This document shows positions 26,822 through 39,549 of a DNA stretch of 64,000 bases, piece by piece. The DNA comes from Felis catus (lineage: Eukaryota). Every line of letters starts with the position of its first letter. The first letter of the stretch is position 1. Made by a program: the position numbers and the translations under genes. The DNA is taken from positions 101,248,001 to 101,312,000 of the forward strand of contig NC_058373.1 in the NCBI RefSeq assembly GCF_018350175.1, in the 5' to 3' direction. Under the pieces are notes generated by a model. That model was given only the letters and a program-made list of their open reading frames with translations, was not told the DNA's origin and did no database searches.

Positions 26822-26993
26822 GTCTAAAGCTCTGAGCTTTGACTATAAATCTTCATTTGGACTTTGGATGATAGCCACAATTTTATATTTTAGAGTAAAT
26901 ATTTATCAAGAAATGTCCTATTCATACTCTGTTGCTTTGCCTTTTATGTTTATTACATTTTGTCATGATTTTTTTTTAAACCTCTACATACCA

Positions 26994-27205
26994 GGGCATC
27001 TGGGTGGCTCAGTTGGTTAAGCGTCTGACTCTTGGTTTCAGCTCAGCTCATGATCTCGTGGTTTTGTGAGTTGGTGCCCCACATTGGGCTCTGCATTGAC
27101 TCTTCAGAGCCTGCTTGGGATTCTCTCTCTACCTCTCTATCTCTCTGCCCCTCTCCAGCTCACACTGTCTCTCAAAATAAATAAGCTTAAAAATTTTTTT
27201 AAATA
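26994..27205 (+). mobile_element. CanSINE
   Basis: TSD aaacctctacata. Confidence 0.9.
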
Positions 27206-27349
27206 AAAGAAACCCTCTACATATCAAACCTAGTTTCTTTACCTTTAATGAAGGTCAATTTCTTAAGTAGTCTGAACGTGTGTTTCTTCAATAGGTTGGA
27301 TAACAGGCAATTCAATTTTCCTATACTTAAAAACATGGTTAACTCTTCA

Positions 27350-27543
27350 TTTTTTTTTTATGTTTATCTTTGAGAGAAAGAGAGACAGTGCATGCACGTG
27401 AGTGGGAGAGGGGCAGAGAGAGGGAGAGAAAGTACCGCCAAGCAGGCTTTGCACTGTCAGCCCAGAGCCCCACAAACAGTGAGATCATGACCTGAGCCGA
27501 TCAAGGGTCAGACACTTAACCAACTGAGCCACCCAGGCGCCCC
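27350..27543 (-). mobile_element. CanSINE
   Basis: TSD aacatggttaactctt. Confidence 0.9.
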
Positions 27544-30239
27544 AACATGGTTAACTCTTTACTATGTTTAGATATTCTAAAGATTGGTGTGACTTACACA
27601 TCTCTATTAAATCATTTTTGCATGATATGCATTTAACCAAGTAGCATTTCCTAGTAATTCCTGTACCTACACTTACTGCTTCTAATTTGTCAGGTGTTGA
27701 GCACTAACAGTATCTTAAACCTATTTCTCAGCTATCTGCTTATTTCATTGATCCCTTTTTCTGTTGATAACCTTAGAAAGGAGCTTCTTATGATCATCAT
27801 TTTGTAACATATTTTTGTATCTGCTAAGGCCAGTCTACTATTATTACCCTCAAACTTGAGGGAATATCCTTCCCCACTCATTGACCCGTCTGAAGATCTT
27901 TCAAGTGCCATAAAAAACGTTCAAGGAGATTTTCGTGTTGCATCAAGTTAACCTCAAGGGCATTTTCCTGTTCATCATAATTTTCCCACTGATGGCCAGG
28001 CTTCTACTTATTTGCATAGCTATGCCTTTAAAAACAAACAAACAAACAAACAAACAAAAACAACAACATCCCAGCATTACAATACTGGAATGCAAGCAAT
28101 TCTATGTAAATGCATGTTTGTCTTCTGAGCAGCTTACTTTTCTGCTTAAATTCTGGGTATTTATATTTAATTATGTATGCACAACCAGAATACATTTTTA
28201 CATATCTTATTCTAGGGAAAATAGACGCCCCTTCCTAATTCACCCCCATCTGGTTATACTCCCCTCCCTAAAGCCATGCTTCTCTTAAAGAAGCCTGTAA
28301 ACTCTGTCAATGGGTAGAACCGTGCAGAAAAGACCACAGATAATTTTGTCCTGCTTGCCATTGTCCTTCCTCTAGTATTTCTCTAAATTGGTTGTTCTTA
28401 AAGTCACCATGGCTTCTCATACAACATCACTGATCTTAGGGAGATAGGACAAGATTTAGATTCTTCCACAAATGCTCAAACTGCAATAGTTTCGACTCAA
28501 AATCACAATTCGGCTTCTAGCGGCAAATGTTTTATATTTTTCCAATCGGCCCTTGTGACTGACAGAGCTTATTAAAAGCCTGGTTTCTTCCCTCAGATCC
28601 CTGTGACTAACCTCCCAATTTGGAAATAATAAGCACATTAAAAGAAGCACTGGTAGATCTCATGCTAATTTGAACCTCAGAGGGTCCAATCTTCCAGAAC
28701 GCTGAAAAGTCCCCTGTATTTATAATGGTGGGTCTCTAAGGTAGAGCATATTTGGTTAAAATAAATTATGAGCTGGTTCTGGAGAATCGTTAAGTGACAA
28801 TCAAATAAACAATAACCTACACAAAGTGGAGGCCCTCGGAGACTGTGATTTAACTGCCTGTGTGACTTTGAGTAGAACAAGCAGGAGAGCCAAGTGACAA
28901 ACTTAATACCAAGATAAATTTGTAGCATGCCCAATCAGGCTGTCATCGATATATGGAAAACCTCCTCTTTGCCTTATCTGGTTTTTTTTTTTTTTTCTAA
29001 TTGAAACTAAAATTTGATGTCTGTAAAAAAGAGGAGGAGGCATGTGAGTGGGGTTGGTTTGTTTGTTTTCCTGGGGTTTCACCTGCAAGTCCACACTAAA
29101 CTGGCCAAACTAAGCAACGATGCTAAGCAGACCTGTCTTCTCAACAACTATTTGCTAAATCCAACAACTCTTCCATCCGGAAAAACTGCTCAATCTCAAG
29201 ATAGATAGTGAGCAAAAGAGTCTGAACTTTTGGAGTTTAGGGGAGGGGAAAGGTTGATCAACCCCACTTAGCACACTCCTGAGTTGTGAAAGACTGTGGG
29301 AAAACTGACTCTCCCTGTTAACGGTCCCCACCTCCTCCTTTCCAGCGAAATGGAATGCTTTGCTATGCAAATTATGAGTCTGATCCCAGAGGAAGTGAAG
29401 GACCCAGGATAGTAAAGGAACTCACCTTTTGGAGTTAAATTAACTCTTTTAAGGAACCATTGAACAAATTACTTCTCCATGCTCTAAAAGTTCTCTTAGT
29501 GCCCTAAAACCTCAAAATCACCTGAGATTAGTTTGCTCCTTCAAGGGTCAGGCCTCCTAAAGAATGAGTCCCATTGGAAAAACATCTTTTGTCTGCCCTG
29601 GTGAAGGTACACAAAAGAAGCATGTGGAAATCACTCAGCAACTCGACATTTGTGTTTGACCCCAACCAACTGGAATCTGGAGGTTGCAAGTGTCAAGGTC
29701 GGTTCTGAGCCCAGTAACCTAACTGAGTAGGTTTCAATTTGGTAATTACTGTATTTCCATCATTCTATGTCCCTTTCCCATCAGCCTCAGCTCCCAATAA
29801 AACCAGTGCACTAAGTCAGGGCCAGAAAATGAGGGGCGCACGTTGAGTCCCGTAGGGAATTGCTCAACCAATGACTTCTGAGTATATGAGACAGAGCTCT
29901 TTAGTATGTCTTTCATTGTCTGGGTCACAACTGACTTTCTCCAGAGAAGGAACGTATTCCCAAGACGATTAAATCGGAGAGGTACAAGTCCTCTAGTATA
30001 AAATTGTCTCAGCCCTAGATGTCATTTTTTTAGGATACTTAAAGCACACAAGGAGCATTCTGTTTAGTACTGGGACCACAATAGTTGAGACTTAATGAAA
30101 TCAGGAAGAATCTTAATGAAATTTGGAAATGATGCCCATACCTCTGCTATTATAGCCAGGCTGCTTAAAATTACCTGAGGTAACTATGTAAGCTTTATAC
30201 CCAACCTACTTTCACAAAGGAGGGAAGGTGATCCACATT

Positions 30240-30242
<3 letters not shown>

Positions 30243-30287
<45 letters not shown>
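30243..30287. repeat. (AT)n microsatellite
   Basis: Direct. Confidence 0.95.
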
Positions 30288-30291
<4 letters not shown>

Positions 30292-30822
30292 GTTTGAAAT
30301 CCTAAATATGTCACGGTTATTAAATTTTCTTTAAGAAAAACAAGACAAAATAAAAGCTATGTGACATGTAAATATATGAACAAAGGCTGAAAAACAACAT
30401 AGAAAAACATAAATAGTTGTTTTAGGATGATGAGGCTACAAGTCAATTTGCTTTCTTATAAATTTCTTTAAAATATTTAAATACAGACTAGAAACACTAG
30501 AAGGAGGAAAGACATCGTTGCCTTTAAGCAACTAGAATGAGATATTACAACTGCACATTAAATACCTGAGTCTGAACTTTCTGGTGGGAAGTTCATGCTT
30601 TGGGTTATATAGTGCTCACTGAACCACTTGAAAAGGGTTTATAAGTCAGTTCTCGAAAGATACACCTTTTTCTACTTTGGAATCCTAGATGAATTTAAAG
30701 AATATTGGTATATCCATAACCATACCTGTTATTAGCCTTGAAAAACAACACTACATTTTCAAAATAATCAATAGACATCTAAGCCTAACTGAATTCAATA
30801 AGAAATTCTTTCCTCTCTCTCC

Positions 30823-30853
<31 letters not shown>

Positions 30854-30896
30854 AGAACGTGCATATCTCTGGACTCTTCACCTGGGTCCTACCTTG

Positions 30897-31110
30897 TTTT
30901 TTTTTTAATGTTTATTTATTTTTGAGAGAGAGAGACACACAGAGTGTGAGCGGGGGAGGGGCAGAGAGAGAGGTAGACACAGAATCCCAAGCAGGCTCCA
31001 GTCTCTGAGCTGTCAGCACAGAGCCCGATGCAGGGCTCAAACTGTGAACCTCGAGATCATGACCTGAGCCAAAGTCAGAGGCTTCACCAACTGAGCCATC
31101 CAGGTGCCCC
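30897..31110 (-). mobile_element. CanSINE
   Basis: TSD tcacctgggt. Confidence 0.9.
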
Positions 31111-32699
31111 TCACCTGGGTTCTATCTTAATAACAAACTGCTTTGATGACAAGGATTCAAAATTAAATCAGCATAAAGCTTAAGATGAACACAGTTATAC
31201 ATTTTCTCAACTGAATCCTGGCAACTATGTGCAGGATGGGGTCAATGGCTGGTACCAGAAGGACAGAGAAACAATTTCAAGAGTAAAGAATAGAATCCGG
31301 TATTTTAAACTTTCGATCAGTATGCTTTGGATCCTCAGGAAAATTATCTGCTGGCCATGGCTTTAGTTAGTAAAACTGAAAAAAAAAAAATACTGCTAAA
31401 GTAATAACAATGAAACTATGCAAAAACAGAATCTATTTGCATCCTGGTGAGGGGCTCAAGGACTTGGGGGGGGGATTGTCTTATTTTAAATATTGCTGTT
31501 GGAAAACAAGTCATAAGCCGTCAAGAGAGATCCATATCTTTTCTTCAGAAACTGGCAAAAGCGACTGAAAGCCAGGCTTAAGAAATTCTCATTAGTAACA
31601 TAACTCAGCAAATTATGGTTCCATCTTGTCCTCTTTTCCTCAAATTTCACACAGTAAACATTTCTATAGAAATGAATCCTATAGTGTTATATTTTCTGAA
31701 TAGTTTGTTCTGAAGAACAAACAACATTTATATTTTCACTCAGGGTTTTCAGAGAAGATTTTGAAGAGACAGAGAAAAAGCGGAGACAATTGGAACTTGC
31801 TTCAGTTAATACCTTAAGTGAAGTGACTTATTAACGCTAATTTCAAATGGCTTCCTCAGTGAACAATTATTGTAATTTCTTTTTCTAGAATTGACTAAAT
31901 GTTGCATACCTTGAGTTTTTTATTTTTCAAATTTTCCAGTATTTTTTTTTTTTAAATATTAGAGCAATTGACAATTTTTCCTAAAACCAGCCACTTTGCC
32001 TCACTGGTAACCGCTGCAGTTTTGAATCGTTTATTTATTCTGCCACTAAGTGTTGAAAACATGGGGAAATGGGGCCACTGGGGCCACATTTCTAACCATT
32101 CTGAATTGATTTCCAGTTTTCAGGATTGTGCTAGTCTATCTCAGATAATATGCCTGAATAATTCTGCATGAATTCTACTTTGGCAGTCCACCAGCTAGCC
32201 TTAAATTCCTCCAGGGAATACTAATAACTTTCTGGTTCTCAGGTAATGTAAGGTCACCAACGTGGCTTTTGTATTATTCTTTTCATTTAAAAATGAGAAT
32301 GCACGTACATTTTACACAACCTGCTGTGTGTTGAAGACAAAGTACCATTGAGCACAAACAGCTTGGAGACTTGGGCCTCCAGCTTATTTTCCTTGATTCA
32401 GCTTTGGGATCACCATTATGAGCCCTGGCCTTTGGGTGGTGGGTGAGGGTTGGGGCACTGTGGGTCCCTGGGAGACCCACAGGCCGAGAGGAGACCCGGC
32501 AAGCATTACGGCTTTGGCATCTCGTTTCTCAACGAAATCAGTCAACCCATTCTTGAATACCATAGGCCTTTTCTGTTTTCCTTCCTTGCACTGGGGAGGT
32601 AGGGAATAGAGGCAAATCAGCCGGACCCCAGGGTTCTGTACACCCCAAGGAAGCTGAGAGGGCATCTTGGGGGACACACATGCGGGTCCAACCCTGTCA

Positions 32700-33540
32700 A
32701 GTGGGTCGTTCTCACTCACCCACGCCGCCAGTCTGTCACTCCAAGATGCGGACCCACTCTGCGCAAAGCAGAGCGTTGCTTCCTAATTTCTGCTTTCGGC
32801 TGCCCACGGAAAATGCCTAAAGATCTCGACCCTTCTTAGGCGCCTCCACCCGGGTGAATTTCTCCCCAGACTCCACCGCTCCGCATGGCCGCTTGACCCC
32901 ATTTCACATTAAATGTGCCGAGCACACGCCCTTAGGACCTGGGTGCACTAATCAGATCCATCTGTCTTTGCAGGGCTTCACCTGAGCGCCCGGGGCCCCG
33001 AGCGCGGCTGAGCCGGACGGGTGGTCGGGTCGGGTGGGGGGACCTGAAACCCACAATCTGGCTAGGAGGCTGAGGGGACGCAGCCCGCGGCGCTTCTCCG
33101 GCGCAGCCGCCGAGTGCACCGTCCAGTCTTCGGCGGGGAGGACGCCCCCTGGCGCCCCCGCCGCCGCGGACCGGGGGAGCTCCGGGAGCAGGCGCGGGGC
33201 GGAGCCTGTCGGGCGGGATCTTGACGTCCGTCCAAGGCCGGGTGATTATTGGGGGCTGCCAGCGCCGCGGCCGCCCCGAGCCCTCTCAGTGTGGTGCTGC
33301 CCGGCGGCAAGGGGGTGGTGGAATGAAGCATGGTCAAGACAGAAAACAAAGTCAGCAGGTCACCTGGCAGGTTCTGAGCGAATTATGCAACGGAGCCGGG
33401 GGAATGTGTGATGCGTTCCGGGCCCCTACCCCCTTCCCCCCCCCCTTTTTTTTTTCCTTAAGCTCCTCGGAAGCCCGTTCCAGTTTAAAGGTTGGGCCGG
33501 GATCGACGGAGGATCTCTTCTGATGTGGTTACGACTTTGC
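32700..33540. promoter_or_regulatory. CpG island ~2.3 kb downstream of the BMP4 poly(A) site
   Basis: Dense CpG, GC-rich, no recognisable repeat. Confidence 0.8.
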
Positions 33541-35776
33541 TGAACTCCTCAAGAGCGATCCTCCCACCCCATCTTTCTTCAAGTAAAGGGAACATTTCTT
33601 TGGGAAAAAGAGATGGGGGGGCGGGGTGGCAGGCTTGATCCAAAAGCGAGGCCGAAAATCAGTCTACAACTTCCCTAAAGTACTGGGTCGAGCATTAGGC
33701 CAAGATAGAACACTGTACCCTAAATTAAATCATCTCCACACACATTCAATTCCTTATCTCCCTGGGCCTCAGGACTATGACTTCAAAATTCTGCCTTTAA
33801 ACAGAATTTAAAGAGTTAAAGCTGGCCATAGCTCGTTGTTCTTCATGCTAACATTTGTGGCATTAGGACTATTTTGTTAACTAGGTATATGCAATTCACA
33901 GAATTTCACGGTAAATTCCCCAGACCAAATATTTGGCTGAACAAATAAACAACATTATCCATTCCTGAAAATAAGCCAGTAGAAGGGGGGGGCGGGGGTT
34001 GGGGGGCAGGGGGGTTGCTAGAAAGTGACCTGAGCCTGGCTGCCACCAGGCTCAGGATTCGCCCTCTGATAATTTGTCCAAGTGCTAGAGATCTGCGGGT
34101 TCCTTTCCAATGACACGGACATTTCAGAAAGTTGCTGGAAATCTGGTGAAACAAAACGAGGCCGCCTGAGGGGAACCCATAATGGGCTTCCCCTAAATGA
34201 TTTATTCGACCTCTATACCATTAATCAAAGGGGCAGCGACCTGGGGGGCTGGAGGAGGGAGGCACATATCCCTCTTTGCAGGGAGTTTTGGAGGAACCTT
34301 GGAGTCTTGCTGCCTTTGCCTGGGGCTCTGATCTCCTCTCTCCACCTGCGCTCTCCGGGGAGCTGGGGCTTTGGCAGCCGCTCCACTTCTATTTTTATTG
34401 GTTTCCACTAAGCTGCTCCTTTTGGAGGATTGTAGGGCTTCGGTAATTAAAAACAAAAATGAATCCTGCTTCACCCACCCCACCTCCAAGAGCACTGGGA
34501 AGAGTTGTGTACATGAATGCAGGGGTGCCCCCCCGCCCCCACCACCACCACGGCCACTGGTGTCTACACCTTCACAAGGGAGAAACGCACTCCTATCAGC
34601 CCACCTTACACAGACTATAAAGACAAAGCTTTTGCCCCAAACCTTCCCAGGGAAAAGTACACACATAAGAAATGAACCTACGCAGGCTAAAATTCCAGGG
34701 CTTAATTTAGTTGCTGGTGGCAAGTAAGAAAAAGCCAGGGTCTCTTCCTCCGATCCTCTTAGCTTCTATATCCATGTAGTTCTACGCATCCCTTAACTGA
34801 GGGGGACTCACACACATTAGCGTTTTCCTTTTTCCCTTTGGCCAAAAATTGAGCTTTCTCCTTGAAGATGCATTACTAGATGCATTACTCTCTGCCCAGC
34901 TCTAGAAGGGCGAGCAGACAGCACCGAGAGGTAAGGGAGCTGGAACTGGACTTCATGTTGCATATGGGAGAATGTGTTCACAATGCCTACTTAGCAGTTT
35001 TGACCCCTCAGTATCTGATCCCTTTGCCACCCAAGCCCAATCTGTTAGAATTTTAGGCCTTCGTGTGGGGAATAGAAGGACAGGGGGCAAAAGCCAAGAG
35101 ACATTGGAGGATTCCACCATTGTGGTATATTAAAATACTGGTCACCAAACTTTTCAAAGGTAAGGCACATTTTTTGTTCTATTCAATAAAACACACTTCA
35201 CCGCCCCCCCACCCCCCCCCAAAGCCTGTCAAAACAAACGCGCACACACACATACACATTAATGTGTGAATGTACAAATTAGTTTTGGTTTGAAAATACA
35301 TCATCGGTGCCTATAATAAATGGAAACACCCTAGCTATCATAAAACTGCAGTGGGAATCATTCCTTAGAGTTGAGACTCTATCCATCACACTCAGCTGGG
35401 ACGCACCTCTCACAGGTGAGCAAAAACAGAAGATGTACAAGGAGCCCAAATCTGAGTCTTTAATCTGGCCTACTCCTTTCATCCCACTGTTTCTCCAAGG
35501 CATGTGTCATCCAGATGGGAGAGGATGCTGCGTCCTTGTTAACATTAAATAGAAATGGAAAACAATTCATCCTGGCAATTACCATCTCTCTACCATCAGT
35601 TTACTTCCTGTCCCTCCAACTTCGCCACCTCTAGTTACCACCCTCTGACTTCCATCCTGCCCCCAGCCCCTCCTTAACAGGGGGGTTGGAGGGGGGCGGG
35701 GGTGGCACATAAATCTCTTCCAAAAGAGATGGGGCAGAAGGAAAAGAGAACGGATTAAAGAGAAAAGGAACAGTTT

Positions 35777-36036
35777 ACCTTTAAAATAATGACTCATTTT
35801 ATTTTTTCTTTTAATATGTAGTTATAAATATATTTTGTCAAAATATATGATCAATATGGTCAAAACATTTGCACGTAAAGTCATAAATAAGGTCAAGGTG
35901 AATGTTTAGGTTTTTTTTTTTTTCTTTTTTTTTTTTTTTTTCTTTTTAAAGATAAAAGTCCAGCTATAAGGAAGCAGTCTGTGTAGTGTGTGGGTGAGTG
36001 GATGGGAACTTGTGTGTCCCCGAAGACTGCCTGACG
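35777..36036 (-). other. BMP4: BMP4 3'UTR
   Basis: Follows the TGA; contains an internal A-tract (35911-35947) and ATTTA elements; ends after AATAAA. Confidence 0.85.
35798..35803 (-). terminator. BMP4: Polyadenylation signal AATAAA (variant ATTAAA at 35810-35815)
   Basis: tttatt on + strand ~235 nt past the stop; U/C-rich downstream element follows on the minus strand. Confidence 0.85.
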
Positions 36037-36954
<918 letters not shown>

Positions 36955-37842
36955 TTAACTTTTTTGAGATTTAAAAAAGTCAAGAAATAGCTTCAGTCAA
37001 GAAGCACTGGGTGATGAGTGGTGAATTCTGCTTCCATAGTGGAAGCCTATTTGGGCAAAGAAGCATACCTTTTCATTTGAAGGAGCAGATACACGGGCAG
37101 CTAGCAAACCAGCAAAACTTAGCTAGCATGCAGCGAGCACCAAAGACAGAAAGGATCTCCCAACCTCCTTTATATGTCTAATAATTTCCATGTGTCAACT
37201 CTTTACTCCACCACCATCAGACTCCCCTTTTAAAGCTCTCTTGGCTTTGTGTACACAGTTTTCTTTACAAGTGGTTATAAAGAAAAAGGGGGGCCAACAG
37301 AGCAGAGGCGGGAGGAAACAGGCACACAACTACCCTCTCTCCCTCTTCTTCCACTTTCGAGTATGTTACTAAACATTTCCCCAGCGATCTTGGAAACACA
37401 GAGCATGCCTTGTTGATCATGTTACAGAGGGGAAAATAAATTCCAACACAGTAATGATGCTGGTGGATTAATAACTCAGATTTACTTTGGAAAAGAAACA
37501 TCCGCTAGGAAACATTCAGATCGGATTACAAGGCCCCTATTGAATAAACCTGACAAACACACAGCTGTAATATTAAATTCAGTAGGTGCTTTGAAAAAAA
37601 CGGGCAGAAAACCTGGCAGAAAAGACTTTGATATAGCAAAAACACACCGCGGGGGCTAGCCCACGTCTGAGTGGTGTCATTCCCTTGCCCCCGAAACCCC
37701 TCCCCTCTGTCTCTAAAAAATAAATTCAGCCACAGCTCTTGGAGGTAAGCAGCTCTGTTCCCGGCCTCCAGGATTTGGGGCTTTGATGTAACCTGAACTC
37801 TTGTCCCCAGGGCTTCCACTGTCCCACTAACCAGCCCTACTA

Positions 37843-38553
<711 letters not shown>

Positions 38554-39034
38554 TTAATCTTTTTTTGTCCCAACTGCTATCTGAGCCATGATCTCAGCTT
38601 GGTTTCTTCAAGGATAAACAGTTAACATTGAGGGGGTAAGAAAGGGTGGGGGAGGGAGAACTATAATGCCACTGCTCTCCACTTCAGACCTTCAGCCTCT
38701 CTCCCTCTTCCTCCACACCCCCCCCCTTCTTCCTCCGCCTTCCTTCCACAACTTCCAGCTGGTTCAGAGCGGGAGGGTGGGCGAAGACACTGGGCGGCAG
38801 GGTCCAGAGGCTGAGGCCGAGGTCGTGGTCTGGGAGCTGACCCAGTGACTTGACGGTTTATTTTACTGTGGCTGATGAGTTTGAAATGCCCAGCAAAAAG
38901 CATCTGATCGCGCCCGCTACTCACTCCCAGGAAAGCAGGGGGGCGGGGGAGTGGGATGATTCCGAGAGAGACCTCTGTGACTTTTGACAAGCAGCTGGGA
39001 ACATGCACGGGGGCACTAGGTGCTCCCCAGTTAA

Positions 39035-39077
39035 GTGTGCGTGCGTGTGTGTCTGTGTGTGTGTGTGTGTGTGTGTG
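39035..39077. repeat. (GT)n tract in BMP4 intron 2
   Basis: Direct. Confidence 0.9.
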
Positions 39078-39373
39078 GTTGCCCAGAAGGTACAACCCGG
39101 GGCTGAGGACCTTTCATCTCTTTAGCCCCCTCTTGCTCCCCTTTCTTGCAACGCACCCGATCTGAGAGCGCGAGTGGGAGCAAGCAGCACTTTAAACAAA
39201 ACCGGTACGCTCAGAGCCCCGCGGCTGCCCGGCCAAGAAGAAAGCGACAGCGCTGCCAGAAAGCGGAGTGTGAACTCTGGAAAAAAGGTCCGACGGGAGG
39301 GACACAAGGCGAGCAGGGGTGGGGAGGGCAGAGTGAAATCCCAGGAGGGGGGAAGGAAGAGGTGTCTACTCAC

Positions 39374-39498
39374 TGACAGAAAACAAGGCATATAATAACA
39401 GTCCATGATTCTTGACAGCCAATCTTGAACAAACTTGCTGGAAAGGCTCAGAGGAGCTGCGGCAGTGCGTTGCTCTGGATGGCACTACGGAATGGCTC
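39374..39498 (-). other. BMP4: BMP4 5'UTR exon 2 (125 nt)
   Basis: ttttag|GAGCCATTCCGTAGTGCC...TTTTCTGTCA|gtgagt; matches the recalled human BMP4 common 5'UTR exon. Confidence 0.92.
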
Positions 39499-39549
39499 CT
39501 AAAATGAATATTTGAATATAATGAGACTCTGGCGCAGACAGACTCTGTT

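Noticed and set aside
33300..33320. CTCF-like strings here and near 50481-50500
   Set aside because: Only partial matches in G-rich context; cannot be supported without a PWM scan or ChIP
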